Shown piece after piece: positions 50,934 through 62,472 of a stretch of DNA of 64,000 nucleotides. The DNA lies in the NCBI GenBank assembly GCA_010015585.1, contig ML975150.1; one strand, written 5' to 3'. The translations under genes were made by a program, and so were the position numbers. Under the pieces are notes generated by a model, which worked only from the letters and a program-made list of their open reading frames with translations, had not been told where the DNA came from and made no database searches. How positions within the stretch are numbered: position 1 is the stretch's first letter; every line of letters begins with the position of its first letter. The DNA comes from Eremomyces bilateralis CBS 781.70 (Eukaryota).

Positions 50934-52197
50934 TCAAACTACAATCTTCTCAGCAGGAAGATGCTGACCCAGAGCTTCCCTGCGTGACTTGCTATTGGGG
51001 TCAAAGTACGGTCGCTCGCCCAATCCCACGGCCCGGTTACCGAAACGCTCACCCTGGTCGTCATAATCGAAGGTTGCGCTGTGGAAAACACTTCTGTTGT
51101 CCCAGATCGCTAGTCATATGTCAGCTCCGAGCCTCGTCTTCTTTGGAACTACGGGATGCTTACCGATATCGTTGGGGTTCTGCCACTTGAGGCGGACCTG
51201 CAGGTCGTGGTTCTTGTACACCAAGTCCAAGAACCAGCTGAGGAGGGCCTTGGATTCGTCTTCCGTCACGCCATTGATATGCTTGATATGGCCACCAACG
51301 GGGAAAATGCTCTTCCAGCCCGTCACAGGGTTGGTCCTCACAACGGGATGCACCGCCTGTAACAGGGTACCAACGTTTTCGGGTGCACCGCGGGGCTTGT
51401 CATAGATCTCGAAGCCACCACGAGCGGCAGCGGCGTTGAATCCCGGTTGAGCGAAGGTGCACGTGAGACCCTCAAGGAACTTCTGGTATGGCGCACTGAT
51501 GCGGTCGTAGATCTCGCATCCGGATGCCCAGAGGGTGTCTATAATGGCTGTTAGCGCCACCTCGGGCGAGAATCTGGATCCCTCTCACCTCCTCCCGTCT
51601 TGGGCAGTTCAACAAGTCGAAGTGAGGTATAATCAGCCGGGACTGGCTCGAAGGCGATATCCGAATGCCACAGTCCAGCGTTCTGCGTCTTTACGGTGAG
51701 TCCTTCATCTGTAGCTTGGCGGTAAATCTTCTTGTGCTGGACAGAGCTGATCGTGCTAATCTCCGGATCGGTTCCTCCACCTTCCCGGCCTGAGTTCAAG
51801 ACCGGGTGGATGTGCAGGCCTGAGGTTTTTGGCTTTCCTGAGAGTTCGCCGAGTCGCTGAATCAATACCTTCTGAATATCGTTCGTGAGGTTGTCTTGGG
51901 CACGGAAGAACACGACACCACGCTGGGAGACTGCGAGTCCGTTAGTCTAGAGCACGCCTGTATCGGTATGGGGTGCTTTCTTTTGATGGCCAACTCCCTC
52001 AAGAGGTCATCTGCATTTGGAGAATTAATCCACTCGACCAAGTTGGCACTTGAGAACTCCGTGCCGATGACTGGAGTTACATCGAATTGCTCGAATTGGT
52101 CGAGGAGGCCCGACGATACCAACGGCTGCGGTCTGCCTTTGGTAACAATTGGAATCTCCTGTTCCGTCACTGCGGGTGCCACAACTGAGGGTGCCAT
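50934..52197 (-). CDS. TauD/TfdA-family Fe(II)/2-oxoglutarate sulfonate dioxygenase (Jlp1-like); first intron has a non-canonical GA donor, possibly inactivated
   Basis: DVTPVIGTEF, SQRGVVFFRAQ, WHSDIAFE (HxD), GGDTLWASG, HPVVRTNPVTGWKS and IWDNRSVFHSAT. Introns 2 and 3 are canonical; intron 1 (51980-51931) begins GAAAGC. Confidence 0.88.
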
Positions 52198-53509
52198 ATT
52201 TGCTGTAGTGTTCCTTCGTTGAATGGGTTCAATGTGTAATCTGTGTATTTCTACTTTCTTTTGCGGTGGCCTCAAGTCTTTATTTATTCATCCTTTCGGA
52301 TATTCGGCACATTTTCAAAACCCCCCGCGTCTTTTCAAATGTAGCTTACCGATCACGCAACTGTACTATTGTCCATTTGTTGTCCATCCATCGTTGCTGA
52401 TGTACGATGTTGCAATAGAGAAGCTTAGTCTTGGCAGATGATCCTAGACGATCACGTATCCGACTGGGCTCGTTGCGCCATTCTGGGGCAACATGACTGC
52501 ACCATCCATCGAATCAAGCCCATCAATCTTATCTTAAAGCCTTAGTTTGTTATTTTAGAGTCTCTTGTGCCTTCATCCAAAATTTCACTGAGCGGGGTAC
52601 GTGGGGTAAATGTGCTGATGTTCTAGGTTATACGGTACTTTTGTGCCTGTCATGACCCCTGGACTCTTTCCAATCCAACTAAAACTTAGGTAATGGAATG
52701 GATGCGATTGTTATTAGTATCAATAAGACCTGTGCGACCAAGTTTCTAGGGTCAAATGGCTAAAAAGAGCATAGGGGTTGTGTCATAAGCTCACGGGTTG
52801 AGAGCAGCACGTGACCGACATCACCCCTTTTCAAATGTTTCTTCCTTATTCTTTGGATTATGTCGAGATCGGTGCTCAGACGCAACAACTGCAATACAAG
52901 GGCCTCTGCAGTGACAGTGGTCATGGCCTTTACCATTGATGCATACCTGCAGCTCTCACACCTAGAAGGATCGTCGTTGGGCGACCTCCAGGATGGAGAG
53001 CATGGACGTGCGATGGTAGTTCTCCGTTGAGTGCGAATATGCGCTGCTTTCACAGTCGAGATGGTGATTCAAGGTCTCCAAATGTTATAACCCACAGCCA
53101 TCAATCCTTACCCCGGAAGGGAGGCCCAATTGAACAGCAGAGGTTATCACAGGAGTAATGCGGGACATTCATAGTCGCACTTAATCGACCCTAAGTCTGT
53201 CCTGGGACTGCATGACCCTTTGAATTGGCTGGAAAAATCAGTAGAAGCAGCATCTCGAGGCATGGAACAACTCTATATTCTAAGCGAATCCTATATGATA
53301 GGCATTGTGACTTCTCTTTCAGGCAATTCTGCCATAGCACATCAATATCAACGAAATGGTCGTGCAAAGCGCATCCAGGGCAACTCGTATTTCTGTTTTC
53401 TCCGCTAATATAAATTTCATGGATGTACTATTGTACCAGATGAATATGTTCCCTGAGCTAGTTGGAGCAGGTTCATACCATCCTTAATCTCAAGTCGCTT
53501 TTCGTCAAG

Positions 53510-55851
53510 ATGCCTACAGTCCTTGTGCAACGCCAACCCCGACCGGTCAGACTCATCGCTCAGTGATATTGGTGGCAAGAAACCCAATGCCGCTGAATAT
53601 GCTGTGGACGACGATATCCCTTTGCTTGGTGCTCCTCCAGAAAAGAAGGTGTGGTCAAGAAATCCGATTGGCAAACCGTCCCTAAGCATTGTATAGCGGT
53701 TTTGGTGGCAGCGAAGCGTACAACTTGATCCAGATGCCATCGCTACTCAGGTGAATAATCCCCTCCATTTGATCTATTCTCTTGGTCCTAATACCTCACA
53801 GCGTTCTGTATACGACCATGCTGAAGCAACCAAGAGATACCAGCCAAGAGATACCAGCCAAGAGACGATTGGTAGACTTTCTTAACCCCCTCTATAGCTG
53901 CAAGTGTTAATACAAGTAGGGAAAATATCCACCGATTCGACTCGCTGGTGAGAGCCGTCCATTTTCTACTCCTTCCATTTATATGCTCATTGCCGCGGTT
54001 GTAGTTCCGCTGGACCTGGGGGGAAGAGTACAAGGTGGTTCGCAAAGTCGACTTGCGGATTTTGGGATGGACCTGCATTATGTTCATGGCGTTAGAGATC
54101 GATCGTAGCAATCTCACGCAGGCGTTGACGGACAATTTCCTGCCGGACTTACATATGACTACAAATGGTATGCCGCTTCATGGTCAAGTTGTTCGTCATT
54201 TTCTAATGGACATAGACTACAATCTGGGGGTCACGGTGACTAGGGTTAGCTTCCTGCTTGCGGAGCTCCCATCTCAACTTGTTTCGAAATGGGTTGGCCC
54301 TGACCGATGGATTCCTGCACAACTCGTGCTCTGGAGCATCGTCGCAGCCACGCAGTTCTGGCTTTCCGGACGGGCGACTTTTTTGGTCACTCGAGTGTTG
54401 TTGGGACTCTTGCAAGGAGGATTCATCCCTGGTGAGAGTATCCGGACTCCTTCACTCTACATTAGCGCTAAACATGTCAGGTAATTTTATACTTGTCATA
54501 CCGTGAGCTTTCTATCCGCCTTAGCTTTTTCTGGGCCGCAATGAGCATTGCAGATATCATGAGTGCTATATTGGCGTTTGGTCTCCCGCGAATGAGAGGT
54601 ATAGGAGGGCACAGTGGCTGGCGATGGCTGTTCCTCATCGAGGTAAGCTTTCTCAACAGGATCTTTTCATTCCTAATGCTCATTAAATGATATAGGGTCT
54701 CCTTACCATGGTAATTGGCATATTTTCGTTTGGCCTCATGCCTGCTGGGCCGGCACAGACAGCAAGTTGGTTCCGTGGGAAGAAGGGCTGGTTCACTGAA
54801 CGGTATGGCCCGTCTCGCATCGAATGGCAATCCTTATTTATCATGTTACTGGGAGGAGAAAATTATCGTCAACCGTGTGATTCGCGATGACCCTACCAAA
54901 GGAAGTATGCATAACCGGCAGCTAGTGACCCCTAAGCTACTCTGGCAGAGTTTGAAGGACTATGACTTATGGTATGTTTCCATTCTGTACAAGATACTGA
55001 ACGAGCGATTTCTCATCTGTGGTACAGGCCAATGTATATCATGGGACTCACCTCCGGGATACCTGCCGTTCCCCAGCAGATGTACATTACACTGTCACTG
55101 AAAGGACTGGGGTTCAACACCTTTGAAACAAATCTGTTAACCATCCCTTATTATGTTGGGCATAGTAAGCTTAGTCATCTGCCTAGACTGATGCCGATGA
55201 AAATGCTGATCTTTTTTGATAGTCATCGCGATGCTTGTCGGCACCTAATTACGTAGCCGAAGTGTGGGGTCAATTAGCCTTCACGGCACTGGCCGGGCAG
55301 ATATGGCTCTTCCCTTCCTCATCTATCTTAACATTATTGACACCACGACTGTGAATCGGTGGACAATGTGGGCAGTGATCACCCTGCTGCTCAGCTATCC
55401 AAATGGTACGTTCCGCGATACACTGTTCTTCCCCGATATGTATTCGATAGTATAGCGGGAATCGTATCTCATCGTGATGCGGAGCTAACGTATCCCCTCA
55501 GCCAATGCGATCCTAGTTGGCTGGAACTCTCGGAACAGCAACACGGTTCGCACGTGCACCGTATCAGCTGCTTGTTTTAACATGTTTGTTCAGGGGTGTT
55601 CAATGATCTCGGCAAACATATACAGGATGGACGATGCCCTGCGGTATCAACGTGGAAATCGCCAGTTGCTTGCCATATGTTGTATGAATATCGTACTGTA
55701 TCCACTGATCAAGGCTTATTATGTGTGGAGGAATAAGTCGAGGGATGAAGTATGGAACAAGATGGGGAAGGACGAGAGGGATGGATATTTGGAGGACGAA
55801 GGACAACGAGATAGAGGCAATAAAAGGTTGGACTTTAGGTTTGCGCATTAG
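53510..55851 (+). pseudogene. Disrupted MFS anion:cation symporter (Dal5/allantoate family; Soa1/AstA-like sulfonate/sulfate transporter)
   Basis: Motifs [60 protein letters not shown] and RGNKRLDFRFAH are interrupted by several frameshifts, a premature stop and a lost splice acceptor (see findings). Confidence 0.85.
53830..53866 (+). repeat. 14-bp tandem duplication (CCAAGAGATACCAG x2 plus partial copy) causing a frameshift
   Basis: Read directly. Removing one copy restores KRYQPRDDW|ENIHRFD. Confidence 0.9.
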
Positions 55852-58416
55852 AGAAATGCCTTGGAACACAATACGGAAGCAGGGGGTGCGGCGACGGCAA
55901 CAGATAGAGGTACAGTTGGTACTTAAGTTAAGATACCTGACGGGCATGAAGTAGAGATGCACTAGAGTGTCTGACTTTTCATATTTCGTAACGTCCATCT
56001 AGCAATAGAATTTAGAATCAAAGTTTAGGCTACCACCTCAATATTTAGCACATTATCTAGCATCCTCAAGCAATCACTCTTAGTTTGAATTCTGATATCA
56101 TTTCCTACCAGCCTCAGACTTGTTCCTGCTCTACTCCACAGGTGACTTTATTTCCCAGTCTTTGCTTTCCTGGGTCTAGTGAGCGCTCCTATTATGGCGA
56201 GGATGCTTGAGCAGCTGTTCGCGTTCCTCCGGCCATCTATTGAGGGGACAGCTGCAGGTACTTCCTTTTACACAAGACCCCCAGGTACGGAACTGGAGAA
56301 AATGTCAAATTAGGGTTACAATCTGCACATTCAGCTGCAGGTAACTGCTGGTACTGGATGAATTGCTAACACCGTGTGACAGTGATGACAGTGATGAGCC
56401 TTGAAACCCGCACCCCAGCAACGGACCGTCCCAGATCAAATTTCCTTTTGTCGATCATATTGTGAGTGAGTTTGTGACCCATATGACCATATAACAGATG
56501 CATCTCGACCATAGAACAGTGGACATTGTCAGACTGCAACTCTGCAAGAGAAAGGAAACTCTAACCAAATCCACTCTTCCCATGGATGATCTATCGCACA
56601 CCAGCAAACATACCCGAATGTTCCAAATCCGAAATCCCGAATCCTACATCAGTGGAGATTGGAGAAGAATCACGCCTCGCCCTAGTGACTAGTCTTCGCC
56701 AACGTGTCATCGTTGAGGCTGGCTGTCTGATGCCGCAGACGGCACACATCAGACAGTGCCAACTGCCATGCAGAGCGATTGTCTTCCTGGTTCCATAAGT
56801 TACCGCCATGCGATAGGAATTATCAAGCAACAAGCCGCGCAACCACCACATTTCCAGAAAGCCTTAAGAAACAGGCCACAGAGCAGCGTTTCGCGGGGCC
56901 GAGCAAGTTCAGGCCCATTCCTATGCGGGACTCTGTACAACCCCATTGGATCGACATCCTGAGGCCGTGGGGAAATTGAAATCTTGGACTCTTCTCTTGT
57001 CCCTCTTTTCTTCCAAATTTTTCGGTCGTCTGTCGCCTTTCCATTTGACCAACCTACCACGATGTCAGAGGCGCATTGGTGGCGTTACTCTTGCGGGACT
57101 ACTATTCGCTTGTCCCTGACTGAACCGAACTCCCAGTTGTTGGACAGCCAATCGGGTAGTATGGCAGGTTGGGTGGTTCCAAAATCGAGATCGGTCCCGA
57201 TGAGGCGTCATTATTCTTGTGATGAAAGATTCCAGCCTCCAGGAATCCAGGGACTTCACCCACTTTTCCATTTTCCAACGAACTCGGCGCACTCCTCGAC
57301 TCGTGCTTTGGGGTTTAGCAGGGCCGCCACGTGTGGTGGCACTTGACAGATTGGGTTCCGGTTTTCTTTCTCAACGACCTCTCGATCCTTCATTCTACAG
57401 GCCACCACACGCTGAAACAAACTCGTCAACTTTCACCTCGGGCAGATTTGCCGCATATCGCAGAATGCCGAGCAGGGCTGGTGGATCTCCGATTCAACAG
57501 CTGCGGCTAGAGAACGACGTACGCCATAGTTATCCAAGAAACCTAGGTGTGCCTTGAAGCGCTAATTGCGGCGGCAAGTCCCTCTATCACTCAGCGATTA
57601 GCCTGACTGTATGCTGTCATCGTATTCATCGAGTACTCCGTAAGTTCGTTTCATATGCTGCAGCTGAACCACAAGTCCGTAGTTATCCACCTGTCCTTGT
57701 GTCTTTCCGCAGACCGCCTGCAGGCTGCAGATGCAGGACGGCGACGTCTCGTTGAGGCAAGGGAAATTTCTTTCGCTGCATCCAGGCGAAAAAGGAAGAC
57801 ATGTTTCAAAACGGTACAGAACATTGCCGGACGAATCACGAAAATGATAAGGTGGCGTCCCGCCGTGAAACCGTCCACTCGCAATCCCTCATTGTGAATT
57901 GTGAGGTATTATATTCGTCACTTTCTGGTTCACTACCAACATTTGGTGGACACCGTGGATACATGTGGACGGGTGGGTCGTGGTCTGGAACCCGACCAAA
58001 CAACATTCCAATCGTTCCCCTCTCCGGGCTCTCCCTCGCCCCCTCTCAGACTTCCACAATTGGACTTTGATAGAAGGGGGGAGTGGGAAGTGGCCATTAT
58101 ATATATCACCATGTCTTCGCTCATCTGCATTGTTTCTTTTTCCCCTTCTCCCTTTCTACCTCTCTGCACCTGGCCATTCCTTGTCACCGACTTTCATTTC
58201 TGAGCAATCGCTCAATCCATTCTTTCTTTCCGAGGACCTAGTTGTCCTGGTTAACTTTTCAAATTTCACCTTTCGACAAGGAAAACCGCTCCGGTCGGCT
58301 CTTTGCACATTTTACGCGCTCTAGTAGCAGCATATATTCCATTCGACACGTCTAGAACGTCAAACTATCCTTTGTTACGGGACACATTCATTGCATTGAG
58401 CAAACGATCTACGAAA

Positions 58417-59598
58417 ATGGCAGCTCAGATCCTCGCGTTGGGGCTCTTGTCCTTCCTTACGCCTGCCCTTGCGTATCCTAGGGGTGCTGAGCCTTATGGC
58501 AACGGTACCGAGTCATACCATCCCACTGGTACCATTGGCGGCACTGGCTTCCCGCATGGTCCACCCAACAGAACGACCTCCGTGTTGAAGAGGACCGCTG
58601 GACCCGAACCCATCGGTGCGGACTCCTCAGTCTGCAGTGGACCGGTTACCGAAACCACGACCGAGAAGGTTTATATCACGGTGACCCCTTCCGACAGCGC
58701 TGCTGCATCCAGTACTCTCTCGGCAAATGGTACTGTTGGAACAGGATCGGCTTTCCCAACCATCGAAAAGAAGCGTGTCAGGTCCTATGGCCGTACCAAC
58801 AAGGTGACTTCTAGCTCTTCTGTCGCCGCCTCGGCTACCTCTGCCGTGGCTTCATCTTCCGCTGCTTCCTCGTCATCACCAAGCAGCAAGCCCAGCAGTG
58901 GGAAAGGAAAGCGAGGTATTGCGTACAACGATGCCGGCCTCACATCCTGCTTCAGCGGCTCAGATCACATCTCATGGGCCTACAACTGGGGCAACAAACC
59001 CGACGGACTCACTGGCCTTGAATACATTCCTATGCTCTGGGGGCTCGGCGACAAGCTGCTCGGCTGGGAGCAGAACGCCAAGGACGCCATTGCCAACGGT
59101 GCTTCTGCTATCCTTGCCTTTAACGAGCCTGATCACGTGACCCAATCCCTCTTGACTCCTGCCCTGGCCGCCGCCGGCTACAAGAAGTACGTCCAGGAGC
59201 CGTTCGGAGGTTCTGACGTTCGCCTCGGATCTCCAGCGGTCACCAACGGCGGTGGGAGCATGGGTCTCACGTGGCTTGGTAAATTCTTGGAGGCGTGCTC
59301 CGACTGCCAGGTTGACTTTGCCGTCATCCATTGGTATGACTACGCGTCCCGGGTTGACAACTTCAAGAGCCACATCCAGCAGGCGCATGAGAAGACAGGA
59401 TTGCCAATCTGGATCACTGAATTTGGTGCTTTCGGATCCGACGAGGAAATCAAGGCGTTCTTGGAAGAGGTGCTTCCATGGTTGGACTCCCAGGACTACG
59501 TCGAGAGGTACGCGTACTTCATGGCGAAAGATGGGTTCTTGACCAAGGGCACAGAGTTGAGCACTTACGGTCACACTTTCGCAACTTATAGCGGTTAG
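58417..59598 (+). CDS. Secreted GH128 beta-1,3-glucanase (Asl1-like) with Ser/Thr-rich linker
   Basis: Signal peptide MAAQILALGLLSFLTPALA, then KRGIAYN, SWAYNW, YIPMLWG, LAFNEPD (acid/base Glu), IHWY, PIWITEFG (nucleophile Glu) and VERYAYF. Confidence 0.92.
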   Translation: MAAQILALGLLSFLTPALAYPRGAEPYGNGTESYHPTGTIGGTGFPHGPPNRTTSVLKRTAGPEPIGADSSVCSGPVTETTTEKVYITVTPSDSAAASSTLSANGTVGTGSAFPTIEKKRVRSYGRTNKVTSSSSVAASATSAVASSSAASSSSPSSKPSSGKGKRGIAYNDAGLTSCFSGSDHISWAYNWGNKPDGLTGLEYIPMLWGLGDKLLGWEQNAKDAIANGASAILAFNEPDHVTQSLLTPALAAAGYKKYVQEPFGGSDVRLGSPAVTNGGGSMGLTWLGKFLEACSDCQVDFAVIHWYDYASRVDNFKSHIQQAHEKTGLPIWITEFGAFGSDEEIKAFLEEVLPWLDSQDYVERYAYFMAKDGFLTKGTELSTYGHTFATYSG

Positions 59599-60171
59599 AA
59601 TAACTGCCTTTGTGCTTGAGTAGGCCAGGGGATCACCGGACGACTTCTTTTTCATGTCCTGGTGATGGAGGGTGGTTTGGGGAACTTCTCCGTGTAAAAC
59701 AATCAACATATGAGAATGGCACCAATGATATTGATGACACTATGGCAACGACAAGGGAAGACCTGTCATGACGGACTAGACGGCGGGAACAGGCAACTTG
59801 GATACTCGGCGTCAAAGTGGAAACGGTCATGGCAAGAGGAACACCTTGGCCATAGATATGATTGTGCTTCAGGGAAAATAGATTTGGATTATACCGACAA
59901 TTCACTCGTTTACCATAATTTCAATCCTGTGATATTTAGAATGGCGACAATTTCCATTGCTATCAGAAAGGGCGAGAGAATCGGTAGTTTTCTTGCCTAA
60001 CTTTGTCGTCCCTTGAATCCTTGGGGGCTTTGATTCAATTCATTTCTCATTGGCGAGAGGTCACGTGCTCATCGCCAAAGCTTCAGCGAACGTCAAGTGC
60101 TCCAACATCCAAAAGTCAGGACATCAAGGACGGCCAATTGCCTGAGCCTCGCTCTATACACATCCGCCATC

Positions 60172-61094
60172 ATGGCCTCGAGAATACGGCTCCTCCGATT
60201 AGCCCAACGGCCATCTTTCTCAACGGCATGTCGCCGCGTCAGCCGACCCCGCCACTTCACATCCTCCTCCAAAGCACTTAGCGACAGCGTCTTTGTGGTA
60301 TGTCCACGCATCCATCCCATTTAGCTCGCTCCATTCCCCGACTAACTCTGTCCTTCAGCACCGGGACACTGAAGCCAACAACCCCTCCATCCCCTTCAAG
60401 TTCTCCGCCGAGAATGATAAGCTCATCGCCGAGATCCTGGCGCGGTATCCGTCGCAGTACAAGAAGGCGGCCGTGATGCCGTTGCTGGATCTGGGGCAGC
60501 GACAGCATGGGTTCACGAGCATCAGCGTCATGAACGAAGTGGCAAGGCTTCTTGAGATGCCGCCGATGCGGGTGTACGAGGTGGCGACGTTCTATACGAT
60601 GTATAACCGGAATCCGGTGGGGAAGTATCATGTGCAGGTGTGCACGACGGTATGTGTTCAATCTTCTCCATCGATGCGGATGCATCGAAGTTTCAATAAG
60701 CCTATGGACGCTGACACTCGTATAGACCCCTTGCCAACTCTGCGACTCCGACGCCGTCATGCAAGCCGTCGAATCCGAACTCGGCATCCACCATGGCCAG
60801 ACCACCGCCGACGGTCTCTTCACCTTCACTGAAGTCGAGTGTCTCGGCGCCTGCGCCAATGCTCCCATGATCCAGATCAACGATGACTACTACGAGGACC
60901 TCACCGCGGCAACCACCACCCAGTTGCTGAAGGCGCTGAAGGCTGCGGAGACGTCCGGCGGGCAGAAGGTCGAGGTGCCAAAGGCCGGGCCGCTCAGTGG
61001 CAGAGAGAGCTGTGAGCCAGCCGGGGGATTGACGAGCTTGACGAGCGCGCCATGGGGGAATGAGACGTTGAGGAAGGATGGGGCGTTGGATTGA
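60172..61094 (+). CDS. nuo-24: NADH:ubiquinone oxidoreductase 24 kDa 2Fe-2S subunit (NDUFV2/NuoE)
   Basis: Mitochondrial presequence, [40 protein letters not shown], and cluster ligands CTTTPC...[11 protein letters not shown]. Introns 60298-60358 and 60650-60725. Confidence 0.96.
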
Positions 61095-61305
61095 GTGTGA
61101 TGAAAGGTACTGGGTGTAGAATGGTTGTGGGTGTACGACCTGTACGTTGAGGGTTATATGTACATGTGTATATAGATACAGTGCTTTGCGGCACGGTCGC
61201 GATCTGCGGATCGCCCTCGGCCGCAAAGTGATTGCTTTAATGCAACCAAGTTCGACCAAAATTGCAGTCTACTAATTCCGACGTTTCCTACCATATTGTC
61301 CAACC

Positions 61306-62053
61306 CTATGGCCTCCAATTGGGGTCCCGTAATACCAATTCTGGGTGGTGATGCACACTTGGAATCAATCCAATCCCGATTGCCCTCCGTATCGCCTTGG
61401 CGATTTTCCTTTGGTTCCTTTTCCGCAGACCGGTTTGGCTCGAGTTATATATCCTTCCCATTGATGATGTGAACTCGGCTAGGAGGGAGAAGTTCTATTG
61501 GAAGTTAGGAGCGCATCTCATGGTCTTAGCTCGCAAATGTTTCCACTCACTTTATACTCATTCAACGGATTTATTCCCAGCGTATCAAAGACGTCCCTCC
61601 GCTCGCGTCCCGCTGTCCCGTTCCTCATCCGCTTTATCGTGGTCGACCACTTCATTTGCTCCGATTTCCCCATATCCCTCGGCGCGTAGACATCTCCAGG
61701 TTGCCATATCCGCGCAATTTGCGACTCCAGTCTTCGCGCATGTTGGGCTTCCTTTGCCCGCTCCTGATACGGGGCGCTGTTCTCGGCGAGCTGCTTCGCG
61801 TAGGTGATCGAACTGCTGGCTGGTCGGGCCGTGGGAGCGGTTTGGCGGAGGGTGTCAAGGAGCACTGCGAGAGGACGGCCAGTCAGTTATGATGGAATCA
61901 AGGTGCCTTTTGCCGCAAGGAATACTCACGCTGTTGCGCGGATGATGGGAGAGAAGATGGGTTCTTTGGGGATTGATCGGAAAATGAGCGGAAAAGGGTT
62001 GGAAGCCTGAGACCAGAGGCTCGGGCTCTGGTCAAGGTTCGAGGTAGACTCAT
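61306..62053 (-). CDS. RSM18: Mitochondrial small-subunit ribosomal protein bS18m
   Basis: WQPGDVYAPRD, DVFDTLGINPLNEYK|NFSLLAEFTSSMGRI...TGLRKRNQRKIAKAIRRAIGIGLIPSVHHHPE. Two introns. Confidence 0.9.
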
Positions 62054-62472
62054 GTTGCAGAATCGGCGATCATCTATCTCATAGAGAAAGATTGATACAA
62101 TTTGTTGAACATGGGAGTCTTTTAAGATAGGAAGTGGTGACAGAAGTTGCCGTTAGAAAAATCCACATTTGGCTAAGCGTTCGATAAATTACATCGTGAC
62201 AGTGGAGGACATGGATGAGCTCATCCACGGAATATTTCTCTATGTCTGGGTGAGACTTATATTTCCTTAACCACCACCAACGCGTTTATTCGTTAGAATA
62301 CGCGATTACTCTCTGCACAATTCTTGGGTTCGATTCCAACGACCTGTATAGCAGCTTTAAAGTGTATTGGATGTTCCAATTGGCATGATGAGTTTGCATA
62401 TCCGAATTTCCACCTAAAACTTCCACCAGAAGCTCCGAATGAGCTCTTCCCCCTGGGCGCCGATTCCTCACG

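Noticed and set aside
56310..56318. TTAGGGTTA (minus strand TAACCCTAA, telomerase RNA template-like)
   Set aside because: A single 9-mer is expected by chance at roughly this window size. A telomerase RNA would run antisense through the MFS locus, and no pseudoknot or CR4/5 was recognised.
2199..59709. Many long antisense or alternate-frame ORFs in the ORF track (e.g. 2199-2939, 25414-26310, 17383-18318, 58972-59709)
   Set aside because: They shadow real GC3-rich CDSs, are low complexity and show no recognisable motifs.
16499..60068. CACGTG E-boxes in several promoters (~16501, 48303, 60062)
   Set aside because: A 6-mer is expected many times in 64 kb. Enrichment cannot be shown by eye.
62320..62345. 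GGTTCGATTCC tRNA T-loop-like motif
   Set aside because: No 5-bp T stem, acceptor stem or D arm can be built.
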